Positions 1-12,144 of a DNA stretch of 64,000 bases are shown here, piece after piece (positions within the stretch are counted from its first letter, which is position 1; each line of letters begins with the position of its first letter). The notes under the pieces were generated by a model. That model saw only the letters and a program-made list of their open reading frames with translations. It ran no database searches and was not told the origin of the DNA. The DNA is from Paraspadella gotoi. Its lineage: Eukaryota > Animalia > Chaetognatha. The position numbers and the translations under genes were made by a program. Location: positions 1,360,726-1,424,725 of the forward strand of contig CM119265.1 of assembly GCA_051294375.1 (NCBI GenBank). The letters are read 5' to 3'.

Positions 1-49
1 CAAAAGGGAATCGAAGCGAAAAGAGAAAAGAATCTTAATTTGAAACGAA

Positions 50-390
50 AATCTAAATTTAAATGACATTTTATTTCAAAATCTAAATCTAAATCTGTAA
101 CAAAAATATAAATCTAAATTAAATTTTAGATCTAAATCTAAATCAGAAACTTAAATCTAAAACTATATCAAATTGGATTTCTAAATCTAAATCTGTAACA
201 AAAATATAAATCTAAGTTAAATTATATATCTAAATCTAAATCTGAAACTTAAATCTAAATCTCTATCTAATTGGATTTATAAATCTAAATCTATAACAAA
301 AATATAAATCTAAATTAAATTATATATCTAAATTTAAATCTGAAACTTAAATCTAAATCTATATCAAATTGGATTTCTAAATCTAATTCC
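50..390. repeat. ~95-100 bp higher-order tandem built on (AAATCT)n
   Basis: ctgtaacaaaaatataaatctaa recurs at ~94, ~193 and ~291. Confidence 0.7.
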
Positions 391-417
391 GAAACTCCAG
401 ATTCGAAATCGGATGAG

Positions 418-776
418 CGACTCGGGCAAAATGGAGAATTCTCATTGGTCGAGAGACAAATGGCACCGGCCAATGATCGGATGGGCTTCCATCCGCCGGT
501 GAATTTTACCTCCGATCCGACGAAGCTGTAAAAATTGGAACCCAAATCTGTATTGATTCACTCTGCCCCAAATATTGACACTGTCTTGTATTATTGTCTA
601 CTTTCTGAAAAAAAAATCCACTGAAGGGACCATAATTATTGTTATGTATTAGTGACAGAACCGTTCAATATGATGATGATGATGATCGGATGGTGGATTT
701 TAGTCCACCATACCACTTTGATTTCGTCTCGAAATCCCTGTCAACTTCCTTATTGTGGTGACAGGAGTGGATTCGA
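418..776 (+). mobile_element. LTR-like repeat ending in a tRNA-Leu(CAG/CAA-type) PBS-like sequence, interrupted by a ~90 bp insertion
   Basis: Diverged homology to the reverse complement of 5596-5902; 756-776 tggtgacaggagtggattcga resembles the complement of the tRNA-Leu 3' end; insertion ~622-717 flanked by duplicated ccact. Confidence 0.6.
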
Positions 777-1890
777 TTCTTTAACTAAAAAATATAACCT
801 TATTTCGAATTTAATATAAACTGGGGCGTCCTGGGAATGTAAGGCCGAAATGGGTTCCTTTTTGAGAATTTAGAAAAATAGTTTTTTCCCACTTTTGATG
901 TTTCGTCGCTTAACATTATTTTTTTCTCTCTCTCTCCGTAAAAAGTCAACAACTTAATTGCAGCAAACGGACGTCACAATGTTGAAAAATGAGTAGAAAA
1001 AGAAAAATGAGACTTTTGAGAAAAGTTGACACGAAGAAAAGCTGAGAGGAAAATCTTTTTTTCGCTCAAAACGAATTTGGTGAATGAAGACAAAAAAATC
1101 ATTTTTTTTTCTTTTTTTTTAAATTTCATAGATTTTTTTTTCCTTTTTGGACAAAAATTTGATTGAAATGAAGTAGTAGAGAGAATTAGAGAGAAAAGTA
1201 GAGAAAAAGAAAATAGAAAGAGGAAAGAAAAGATGAAAGAGATCAGTGTGAAATAAAATAAATCGATTTAAACAGTCTAAAGAAATATATTTTCATCTTT
1301 CATCTCATCCTTCATTCCGAATAAATTTATATCAAGAATTGTTATTCTTACTTCTTATTTACTTTCTTACTTCTCAGTAATAGTCACGCACTGCAACGAA
1401 AAATGTTCATCTATTCTTCGTACAATTTCGCTTATATTTGGGGTTCTTTTCGTGTCGACAAAAATAACAAAGGAGCAACTAAAAATGAAGCCTGATTGAA
1501 TTTTGAGTCATGTGGTGTGACTTCGCAAGTATTATACGTATGGAGTATGCAGTATGATACTATGCACGTTAAATAATTTTATGGCACATTCTTCGAATAT
1601 TTGCAACTGCTAGCGTTATCTTTTTTTTAAATAAAATATAGAATTAAAAAAAATAAAAGACGAAATTCCGATGCATCACGTGTCGATCTCTCATTGGCAC
1701 CGACAATGCGTGACAATTGTTAAGGTAGTCACGTGATCACCCTTGAAATGCACGTGAAAGAAAGTCTCACATTGGAATTACCCTTCTTGTTGGTTTCGTT
1801 TAACCTTTCATATTTGAATTTTATAATAAAGAATATTTTATTTTTAACTGTTATTTTTGATATATACAGGAAATCATAATAACTAAATTA

Positions 1891-1951
<61 letters not shown>

Positions 1952-2001
1952 AAAAGACGACAGTCTTATCGAGGTTGAAAACGACAACAACAACAACAAC
2001 G

Positions 2002-2068
2002 ATGCGCTTCTTAGTTTTCGTCGTCGTCGTCTTCATTTCCTTCGTTTCGTCGAAAGCAAAAGTTACAA
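2002..2068 (+). CDS. His-rich secreted precursor, exon 1 (signal peptide MRFLVFVVVVFISFVSSKAKVT)
   Basis: ATG at 2002, basic residue followed by a hydrophobic core, GTAAGT donor at 2069 (phase 1). Confidence 0.8.
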
Positions 2069-2079
2069 GTAAGTTGTTT

Positions 2080-2114
<35 letters not shown>

Positions 2115-2733
2115 TTTGAAGTTTTTTTTTGTTTTTGTTTGTTGATGTTGTTTTTGATGTTTTTGTTTTTTTGTTTTTTATTTTGTTGTTGATGTTGTTT
2201 TTGATGTTGTTGTTTTTGTCATTGTTGATTTGTATTTTGAAGTTGTTATTTTTGACGTTGTTGTTGTTTTTTTGAGGTTGTTGTTTTTTGATGTTGTTGT
2301 GTTTGATGTTGGTGTTTTAAAACCCAATGGTTTTATTACTACGATGCCAGAAAGTTAATTACAAAGAATGAAAAAAAACATTATAACTGCAATTAAATTT
2401 TTTTTTATTTTGTGTTTTAAATCCTCGTTAGTAAAATTACCTTTTGTTTCACTCATACACTTAAGAATATTTCAAGTTCTTTTATTTAAGGTTTCCATAA
2501 AAATGCCTTCTTCAGTTGAATTTCTGTTGTTGTAAAATTCAGTCATTTTATTAAACCTCTCTTTAAAGTTGCTATAAATGCAGTAACAAATCAGTTTAAT
2601 CCCATGAAGGTGTTTTACATGTATAGTCGCAGCCACTGGTTGTTATTGTGATTGTTATTGTTATTTCTTTTAACGATTTCTGCTGGCAATATCATTTCAT
2701 GCATGTTGTTAAATTATTTAAATTTATTTACAG

Positions 2734-2756
2734 AATCGAAAACAACGCCTCTGTTA

Positions 2757-2844
<88 letters not shown>

Positions 2845-2976
2845 TGGCTCCGCGAAACGAAACAATCGAATTTTCCATAAAAAATGAAAACAAAATCGAC
2901 GACATCAACGACAACAACAACGACGACAACAACAACAACATCATTCACTCCATCAAGAAACGAGCGACGAACGAAG
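2734..2976 (+). CDS. His-rich precursor exon 2 (poly-Ser, Asn/Asp-rich, ends IHSIKKRATNE)
   Basis: tttacAG acceptor, GTGAGT donor, 243 nt open phase 1-1 exon in frame with exon 1. Confidence 0.8.
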
Positions 2977-3340
2977 GTGAGTTTTTTCGTTTTAACTGTT
3001 TTGTTTTTGTTTTTGTTTTTGTTTTTTGTTTTTGTTTTTGTTTCTTTTTTGTATTTGTTTTATAAAGTTTTGTTTATTTTTATCATTCTTTCCCTTTTTT
3101 GCTATTTACGTGAGTCCTTTCAACTTGGACCAAAAGTTATTTTTTCCTGATTTTTTTACTCATTATTTTTATTTACTGGAAATCAACACACGATGACTCT
3201 TTATCTTGTAAACAAAAAAAATCGACGAAATTTCATTTTCATGTGATTAATTTTTCGCTTAAAGAAACGAAAAAAATATTTTTTTTACATTAAAAATCCT
3301 TTTGTTTTTACAATGTAATTTATTTTCTTAATCCTTTTAT

Positions 3341-3425
<85 letters not shown>

Positions 3426-3468
3426 CCATTTTGTTTCCATTTAAACGATTTTGTTTTTCTATTTTTAG

Positions 3469-3531
3469 ACTTTTTTCTTTCGGATCAAATCTCCCAAATT
3501 CTCTTTCGGTCTCTTGAGGTCAAGGACCCGA
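3469..3531 (+). CDS. Possible exon 3 (DFFLSDQISQILFRSLEVKDP)
   Basis: T-rich tract plus tAG acceptor; 63 nt phase 1-1 if the weak GTTTCT donor is used. Confidence 0.4.
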
Positions 3532-4869
3532 GTTTCTCTCCTCCTTTCATTTCATTATCATTTCATTTCATTATCATTTCATTATCATTTCATTTCAGTA
3601 TCATTTTATTTCATTTCATTACCGTTTCATTTCATTTCTTTTTTATTGTATTTTTGTCTTTTTTACGCCCTTCTCTATTATATTACTGGATTTATTTTAT
3701 AATTTTTTTTGTTTTATTTTTATAAATATTTCGTCGGAATAAATTCTTCTTCGTCTCCAGTTTTTTTTTCACTCATTCGTCTCACTTCATCGATCACAGT
3801 GATTTTCACACTCGATTGAATTTCACACTCGATTCATTAGCACATTAGACTAATCACAAGGAAATAGAGTAGCACTAAATTACGTTAGAAAGAAAATTAT
3901 TATTTAGAACAAGATTAGAAAATATGTACCTCGAAAAAAAAATAACCTTTTATCCGTTCAAATTTTTTTTAACATTCACAAAATTATTGCTTGCAACAAA
4001 TTTTTTGCATGTTAAAACCCTATTATTGAATTGAAATTGCTTGTTACCCGGCTTTTAATCCCGATTGGCTAAATACCACGCAATCCAATCATTCGACCAA
4101 TGCCGATACAACCTGACATCGACTTACCCACTTCTAATAATATAATTTAATTTAGTTAAATATTGATCCCCGCATCGTTGTAATTTCCAATCTGCTTTCT
4201 GAAAAAAAATATTCCATTGATTGCCTTAGCTTTAGATCTTGCCTAATTTTATCGAGTGGGATTAGGCTCTCTTTTCCAAACGCGCCCATTTTCTTTTCAA
4301 TCCCCAGAGCTAATCCATAACCCTTTGCCTTAACGCTAAACTATAAATCCTTAAGCCTAATCCCTAATCCCTATTCCCCAATCCCCTAACCTAATCTGTG
4401 AACCTAATCCCCGACCTCCTCTTTAAATTTTTAATATGAGCTGTAATGGGGCGTTTTTGAAAATTATCGCCCAAAATGGGCTAAACAACAGCTTCAAATC
4501 TCCAGGATTTTCAACTAATCGCTTTTTTTTTTTGGAAATCGCATTTTTTTGACTGAACCAAATCCAAAATTTTTTATCCCGAGTCATAGCATGTCAAAAC
4601 AAGGAAACCCTGCCCAACATGGCATGACGTTGAACGCCTTCCTTGCTCTGGTCGGCATGTATTCAGGTAATGAGCTTGTTCCCCTTATAAGAAAGATTTT
4701 TTTAAATAAAATAACAGAGAATGTTATTTTTTTTAGTTAAATACCCTGTAAGCTTATAAACCTATGTATTATTTATTAAAAATAATCTAAAAATGTAAAT
4801 ATTTCAAAATTAAATACTATTAATATATTCAATTGAATCTGTGATAATTCTATTTCTAATTCAAATCAG

Positions 4870-4900
4870 ATGAAACTTCATTGTGGAGAATTCCGCCGAG

Positions 4901-4932
<32 letters not shown>

Positions 4933-4962
4933 TGATGAGACGACGACGAAGCAGAAAATATC

Positions 4963-5000
<38 letters not shown>

Positions 5001-5040
5001 AACGATGGCAAAAGCAGACACGATTCCGAGCATCACGAAG
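4870..5040 (+). CDS. His-rich precursor exon (ETSLWRIPPRTAT...RRRRSRKYR-polyD-SRHDSEHHE)
   Basis: cAG acceptor, GTAATG donor, 171 nt open phase 1-1. Confidence 0.75.
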
Positions 5041-5052
5041 GTAATGTCTGTA

Positions 5053-5091
<39 letters not shown>

Positions 5092-5486
5092 NNNNNNNNN
5101 NNNNNNNNNNNNNNNNNNNNNNNNNNNNNNNNNNNNNNNNNNNNNNNNNNNNNNNNNNNNNNNNNNNNNNNNNNNNNNNNNNNNNNNNNNNNNNNNNNNN
5201 NNNNNNNNNNNNNNNNNNNNNNNNNNNNNNNNNNNNNNNNNNNNNNNNNNNNNNNNNNNNNNNNNNNNNNNNNNNNNNNNNNNNNNNNNNNNNNNNNNNN
5301 NNNNNNNNNNNNNNNNNNNNNNNNNNNNNNNNNNNNNNNNNNNNNNNNNNNNNNNNNNNTCTTTTCTCTGTTGTAGAGTTTTAGAGCCTTCCAACTTCTA
5401 AGTTCAGCTTCCGCCAATAGGGCTTTTGTTTTGAGGGAGAAAATGAAACCACATTTAGTTTACGCTTGAACTCTCATCATCATCAA

Positions 5487-5579
<93 letters not shown>

Positions 5580-5595
5580 CAAATAAGTAAGTAAA

Positions 5596-5639
5596 CAGTC
5601 TCTTCGGAGGCGTGGGTTCGAATCCCACCGCTGCCACCA
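5596..5639 (+). pseudogene. 3' half of mature tRNA-Leu (AAG/TAG type) including CCA
   Basis: cagtctcttcggaggcgtgggttcgaatcccaccgctgcca+cca gives variable arm, T-arm, acceptor strand and CCA; no 5' half. Confidence 0.85.
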
Positions 5640-5902
5640 CAATTAAGTAAGTAGACAGGGATTTCAATAGAAACCAAAGTGGAATTTTATTCTCAGAATA
5701 TAGACAGTAACAAGACGGTGTCAAATTCAAGGCAGAGCGAATCAATACAAAACTCAGTGCTCTTTTATACAGTTCTATCGGATCGTAGGTAAGGGCAAAA
5801 ATCCTCGGCGGATGGAAGCCCATCTGGTCATTGGCTGGTGCCATTTGTCTCCTGGCCAATTAGAGAGTTCCATTCTATTTTTTTCGGGTTTTACTCGAGT
5901 CG
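5596..5902 (-). mobile_element. Solo-LTR-like element with TATAAAA and AATAAA, followed by an extended tRNA-Leu copy
   Basis: - strand reads ...tataaaa...aataaa...acttaattgTGGTGGCAGCGGTGGGATTCGAACCC, a Ty3/Gypsy-type tRNA-Leu PBS. Confidence 0.65.
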
Positions 5903-6480
5903 TTGATCATTTCTTGAGTTTGATTCCTCTGCGATGTTATTATTCCAGTCTAATTATAAATTAGCAAAAGAACAAATGAACAGCTTTAAGCAGTTACTGA
6001 ATCTGTGAAACTGTCCAGTGGTTAAGAGAATTTCCCGTAATAGTTGATGCCCGGGCTAAAGCGGAAAAGCGTGCTGCCGCAGTCGTTGCCACTTGCTGTC
6101 GCTGCCGCCGCATCGTGAAAAATCATTTGACAATTTTTTTTATGTGTAAAAAACGCGTATCAATTTACCATCATATTCGTACGAAATACATATAAAAATA
6201 GTTTGTACAATGTACAATGTACATGTACAATGTACATAGTTCCTTCAGAAGTTAAGATGTTCAGATGAAGAGAATAAAAAATAAAAATTTATCGGAATAA
6301 AACTAAAAGGCGTTGAATGTTTTTTTCTTTTCTTTTCGTCGCCAGAAAAGAGAAGAAAAAAGCGACAAATATTTGACGCTCGAATTCCTTTCGTTGCTTG
6401 CTTGCTTGCTTGGTTTTGTTTTCTCTTTCTTATTTTATTCTCTTGTCCTATTGTTATTCTTTTATCTTTACTTGTTTATT

Positions 6481-6544
<64 letters not shown>

Positions 6545-6766
6545 TCACCTTGTCTTTTTTCATATCTTTTTTCACTTTTTTATTTATCTATTTCCATTCA
6601 TCTTTCTTTCTCCCTTTTTTTTCTTTCTTTCCTTCTATCCTGTCTTTCCATATCTATCTCTCCGGTTGCTATGGCGACGAAGCGAAACACCTGAGGCGCC
6701 ACTTGCGATCACATTATTTTTTTAAAGAATTTACTCATTGTCTCTCTCTCTCTCTCGAGAGCAGTG

Positions 6767-9700
6767 CTGAATAGAGAAGATGCTCTTCTCTCTCCTCTCT
6801 CTACTGGTCTCTCTCACGCTTTTCTCCTCTCGAAACTCCTTTCAAGACTACAATCTCTCTCTCTCCTCTCTCTCTCTCCTTTCTCTACCTTTTCTCTCGT
6901 CTATTCATCTCTTCTCTCTCTTTCTTTTCCTCTTTCTCTCTCTATCTCTTTTTTCTCCAGCTTTTTTTTTTCTCCTCTCCCTCTCCCTTTTTCTGCCTTC
7001 TTCGCTCCCCCTTCATCTCACTCGTTCTCTCTCTTCTTCTCTCTGTGGCCTCATGCTCTCCTCTCTCTCTCTCTCTTCTCCGTCCTCTCTCGTCCTCCTC
7101 TCTCTCTCCTCTCTCTTTCCTCCTTCTCTCTCTCCTTACCCTGAATGCTCTCATGCTGGATTCATGGTAGCATCTGGATCAGTGGAAGTGTCTCGTTGGA
7201 CATGTATAACAATCTGGGAAATAAACTAAGGTAACAGCGAGAAACATAATTTAATCATGTTTCTTATTTTAATCATTTTGCTGTCTTTTCTTTCCTTTCT
7301 TCATCCCTGTTATCTTCTCTTTCCTTATCTTTTTTCGTTTAGATTTTATGATTTTTTCTCGTTTTCATTCTTTTAATTCTTTTCCCTGAACAGCTCTCCC
7401 GACATTGAGTCAACAACACCTTTGTTCCACAACGCGAATTAGTTCCGCAGAACCTCATAAGGTAAGTTAACACAAAACTATTCGGTTTCTGTCGGTCCAC
7501 GTCTGGTAAATTCACACCACTCACACGCATACCGTTCCTTCCTTTCGACTTTCAGCCAAATCCCCATTGGCCTTCAGCAGGCGCGTGCTAATCAACACAC
7601 CATCATCCCCAGGATGTTTGTCGTTCCATCCAGCCAGTTGCCTACACACCGACGCTTCCTCCCTTCTGGTTGGCCAAAAGCGAGACCGTCCTAGGGAAAC
7701 CGCCACCGCCACTTGACAGGCATCGGACGCCGTTTAACTTGAGTGTTCGGGACGAGTAACGCCCCCAAAGCCAGACATCTAGCTAAGATTGCACCCCCAC
7801 TCCCATCTGGTGGGGCATCACAGGCAACCCTAGGCTTGTTGCCCCAGTGATTTCTTTCTTTCATCCCTTTCCTTCTTTCCTTTCACACTCACCGGTCTGT
7901 TGACGGTGATGATGCTCCGAACAATTAACATGCATGATTTGATCTGATTCGTCTGTGATTAGTCGGCCGCTGTTGACAGATGTATTGGACGTGAACTCTA
8001 TGCCCTAGCCGTATTTTCCGACTGCTGCAAATTGGGAAAGTGACACGATTAGCTCTAAGCGTGCTACCTGTCGATGTGTGAAAGTGCTTCTGGAGACGAG
8101 ACAAAAGATAATCGACGGAGTCTGCGAGAGAGAGCAGCTCCGAGAGATACTAAATCATTTAAAAGGATTAAAGAAAAGATTAAGGGTTTTAGGGCATAAT
8201 CGATTAAAAAGATAACTTTAGGAATTATTTAACAATTTAGTCGAAACGACGATAAGATATTACAAGTTCATGGATATACTTAATTTGATAATGAATTAAA
8301 GCTTTAGCGGAAATTTATATGATACGACTTATTAAGGGAATTAATGATAAGAGCATGGTTCCAACTAAGAAAAAACAGTAATCTGTTCAACGAAGACCTT
8401 GCCGTGAATTCTCATTTCACTCACCTTTTGCAGCCCATGATTCGAAGTGGTATTGTGTTTTCATTTTGATGATGTGAAGAGTGTTGTTGAGACATTGTTT
8501 GATGCCGCTCTCCGAGCATTAGAGTGATGATCGGATAAAACGAAGTGGCGAGATTCGTTGGCGCGACCGTACCTTGTGCACAGAGAGGAGAGCGAGAGCA
8601 TGAATAGTCAGAACAAGAAAATAAAGCAAGTAAGGAGTATGGTTTTTGTTAATGACACTATCTGGCCCTACTTCCCTACCGAACGCGTCATTCTTTCTCT
8701 CTCTCGTTCTCTCTCTTCTCTCTTCACTTTCTTCTATACTCTTTTAGAACAAATTCATTTTTCTCACGTTTTTTCACTTTTCTGCCACTAAGTCGAAATT
8801 TTCGGAAAAAAAAAGTTTCGTTCGTTTGTTAAACATGCACTTCTTCTACCATGATGAAAATATATCTTTATATCAAATACTTATTAGTGCTTGCATGACG
8901 TTAAAAGAACATCTAACTTAATCTTTCATTTGCATATTCTGCTCCCAACATTCTCATCTCCCGCGAATCTGCGAACCCTGGAATGGGGTTCGAATAAAAA
9001 AGTATAAATCTCTCTTCTCTCTCTTCTCTCCTCTCTCTCTCTCTCTCTTGTCTCTCTTCTCTGCCTCTCTCTCTCTAACTGTTTAGCTTTCACTCTATTT
9101 GCCATATTTTTATTAAATGAATGCGATAATTCTTGCTTATATTGGTGTGTACCAATTTTCATTAAATTATCTACACACAGGATACGTTCATCTTATCAAG
9201 TCCATCAATCCAATTTTAAACTCAAGAGGCACCGTGAACGAGAATGAGCAGCGGTGGGCACTAAGAGAGAAAGACAAGAAGAAATAGAGAACGATCGAGA
9301 AGACTGGAGGATGGGACGGGACCTGAGAGAGAGGACTCGCAAGAGAGAAACTGAGTGATCCATGTGTGACGAGCACGAGAGGAAGCGAGACTGTTTGCAC
9401 GACGAAGCTTTATCCACTTAACGCGCGAGGCCCTGAGACTGCGATCGGATGACTCTCGATCGTGACCCCCGTGCCGACCGGCGCGCGATCGACCCAGTGT
9501 ACTCACGCGGAATCAGACGAGGAGCGAGAAGAGATGAGCATGATAGCACACCGACGGAGCCGTCCACGTGGATACAACCAGTCACGCAAATGGGTACGAG
9601 AGCGGAGGAGCGAGGAGACGGACACGAGAAAGGGTGAAAGGGTAGCGGATGGAGCGGGGAAGATCGCGGGCAGAGAGAGGGTGAGGCGAAGAGGAGAGAC

Positions 9701-9874
9701 GACGAGATCTCGGTGAGATCGTTACGAGTGAGACGATGACGAGAGAGATGGAGGGACGTAGCGGGCTGACGGACTGGTGCGAGCGACTTTGACGGACTGA
9801 CGAGATGACGATCTGAGAACGAGAACGGGACTGGGAGGGACTGAGAGGCNNNNNNNNNNNNNNNNNNNNNNNNN

Positions 9875-9908
<34 letters not shown>

Positions 9909-11005
9909 CCCTCCCTCCCTCTCTCTCTCTTTCTCTCTTTCTCTCTCCCACCCTCTCACATCAAGTGGATAGAATTGATGAAGAGTGATGAGAATTCTGG
10001 ATAGACGCACTCCGAGGAAGTAGATGATCGGAAGTGGCAAAGATTATCGTGTGCTGATGCGAACCATGTGATAGAGGTAGAAAGGAGAAATAGATAAGAA
10101 TGAAGGAAAATGAGAAGTGAAAGAAAAAAAGATGAAAAGAAGAAGAGAATGAACACTCTTAAGAACGAGACGTAATGAAGCAGACACCCTAAGAAGGTTA
10201 GCTACTGGTTTTTAATATTAATGAGCCTCTAGGCCAGTACCATTCCTACGCGCGCAAGCGTTTCAGTGGATCGTCAGTTTGTCGTTTTTCAGCTTCTTCT
10301 CCTCTCTTTACCCTAAAGGACCCCGGGTCATCGCTCACCCTGTTTCCGCTGCATAATCGTTTTTCTCTAGTAACTATCTTATATGCCCTTTCTGCTTGGC
10401 TCATACCTCATTATATCATACTAAAATGCATTTATATCTCAAGTTATTTGTATCCACAACACATATACACTGCCACAATAAGATCGAAAAATAATTATGA
10501 GAGAAGGCGAGAGAGAGTTCGTTTGTATGAAGATGAGCAAGCTATTTCTCACAATGAATAGCATAATATAGTCTTAGACTAGACGACTTGCACCTTAGAT
10601 GCCTTGCGATGAACCGTTACAGAATGTATATCAATTAACCAGCATCAAAATTTCAGATTAAGACAATGACCGCGAAATCCTAACGAACTGTGAAGAAGTA
10701 ATGTCAGATGAGAGGAGGAGAGATGCTGAATCTCTATATATTTACATAAGCACAAGTATGCATGTCAGAGGTCTATTATTATATATCTCTCTCTCATCTC
10801 TTTCTCTCTCCTCTAACTTGCTATCTCATTTGACACATATATATTACTATTAATGAATGAATAATGTTTTTTAGGTTGTACCATTTCATTAAATTATCTA
10901 CACACGTGTCTATTCAACCATATCCAATTTTAAATAAGAGAGTGGAGAGTATGAGAGGGTGGGGAGAAAGAGAGAAGAGAGAGACGAGGAGGAGGGACTA
11001 GAGAG

Positions 11006-11039
<34 letters not shown>

Positions 11040-11150
11040 AAGAGAGGAGAAAGAGAGGGAGGGACAGAGGGAGAGGGAGAGAGAAGGGAGGTAGGGATGG
11101 AGGGGGGAAGAAAGAAGAGGGGGAGGGTAGAGAGAGAAGGAGAGAGAGAG
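6767..11150 (-). other. Noisy inverted gap-fill copies of ~11176-12420 and the adjacent upstream intron
   Basis: For example 7790-7920 is the reverse complement of 11545-11660 with many indels; 8430-9300 recurs at 9960-10950; 25-N spacers. Confidence 0.8.
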
Positions 11151-11175
11151 NNNNNNNNNNNNNNNNNNNNNNNNN

Positions 11176-11202
11176 AACACAATCACTTCGATCATCTGCA
11201 AA
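11176..11202 (+). CDS. 3' part of a His-rich exon (HNHFDHLQ); 5' part lost at the gap
   Basis: Phase-1 GTGAGT donor; the rest of the exon is visible in noisy inverted copies at ~8430-8580 and ~9960-10080. Confidence 0.6.
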
Positions 11203-11462
11203 GTGAGTGAATGAATTCACAGTCCGTGAACAGATTACTTTTCTTAGTTGGACATCTCTTATCATTAATTCCTTAATATCGTATCATTAATCCCTAAAGT
11301 TAATCTCTTATCATTAATCCATAAACTTAATCTCGTTTCATTAATCCCTAAAGTTAATCTTTTATCATTAATCCATTAACTTAATCTCTTATCATTAATC
11401 CCTAAACCTTAATCCTTAATCTTTATTATTCTCTCTCTCTCTCATTATCTTTCTCTCTCCAG

Positions 11463-11567
11463 AGCACTTTCACCATCACACAAGTCACTTTCATCACTCG
11501 AATCATCATCATCATCATTCACACGATCATCATCATCATTTATCGGAGCATCATCACCGTCACACCG
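11463..11567 (+). CDS. His-rich exon (HFHHHTSHFHHSNHHHHHSHDHHHHLSEHHHRHT)
   Basis: Pyrimidine tract plus cAG, GTGAGT donor, 105 nt phase 1-1. Confidence 0.8.
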
Positions 11568-12061
11568 GTGAGTGTGAAAGGAAAGAAGGAAAGGATGAAA
11601 GAAAGAATCACTGGCAACAACCGGGTTGCCTGTGATGCCCAATGGGATGGGGCATCTTACTNNNNNNNNNNNNNNNNNNNNNNNNNNNNNNNNNNNNNNN
11701 NNNNNNNNNNNNNNNNNNNNNNNNNNNNNNNNNNNNNNNNNNNNNNNNNNNNNNNNNNNNNNNNNNNNNNNNNNNNNNNNNNNNNNNNNNNNNNNNNNNN
11801 NNNNNNNNNNNNNNNNNNNNNNNNNNNNNNNNNNNNNNTGAGGTGGTGTGAATTTACCGCCACAGAAACGTATATTTTTTTCTTCCTTATGATTCTCTAT
11901 TCGTGTGACAATGTGTGACATGTCGGGAGGTCAGGGGAAATTAAAGAATGAACGAAAAAATAAAATAAAGAAAAAAGAAAGAAAGATAAAGATGAAGAAA
12001 GAAAAAAAGACAGAAATATTAAAAAGAAACATGATAAATTTGTTCTCTTGTTTATTCCCAG

Positions 12062-12106
12062 ATTTTCATCACAACAGACACTACCACCATGAACATCATA
12101 ATTCAG
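12062..12106 (+). CDS. His-rich micro-exon (DFHHNRHYHHEHHNS)
   Basis: ttcccAG acceptor, GT donor, 45 nt phase 1-1. Confidence 0.75.
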
Positions 12107-12108
12107 GT

Positions 12109-12144
<36 letters not shown>

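Noticed and set aside
5596-5639. Functional tRNA-Leu gene
   Set aside because: Only the 3' half is present and CCA is encoded, so it is a cDNA copy of mature tRNA
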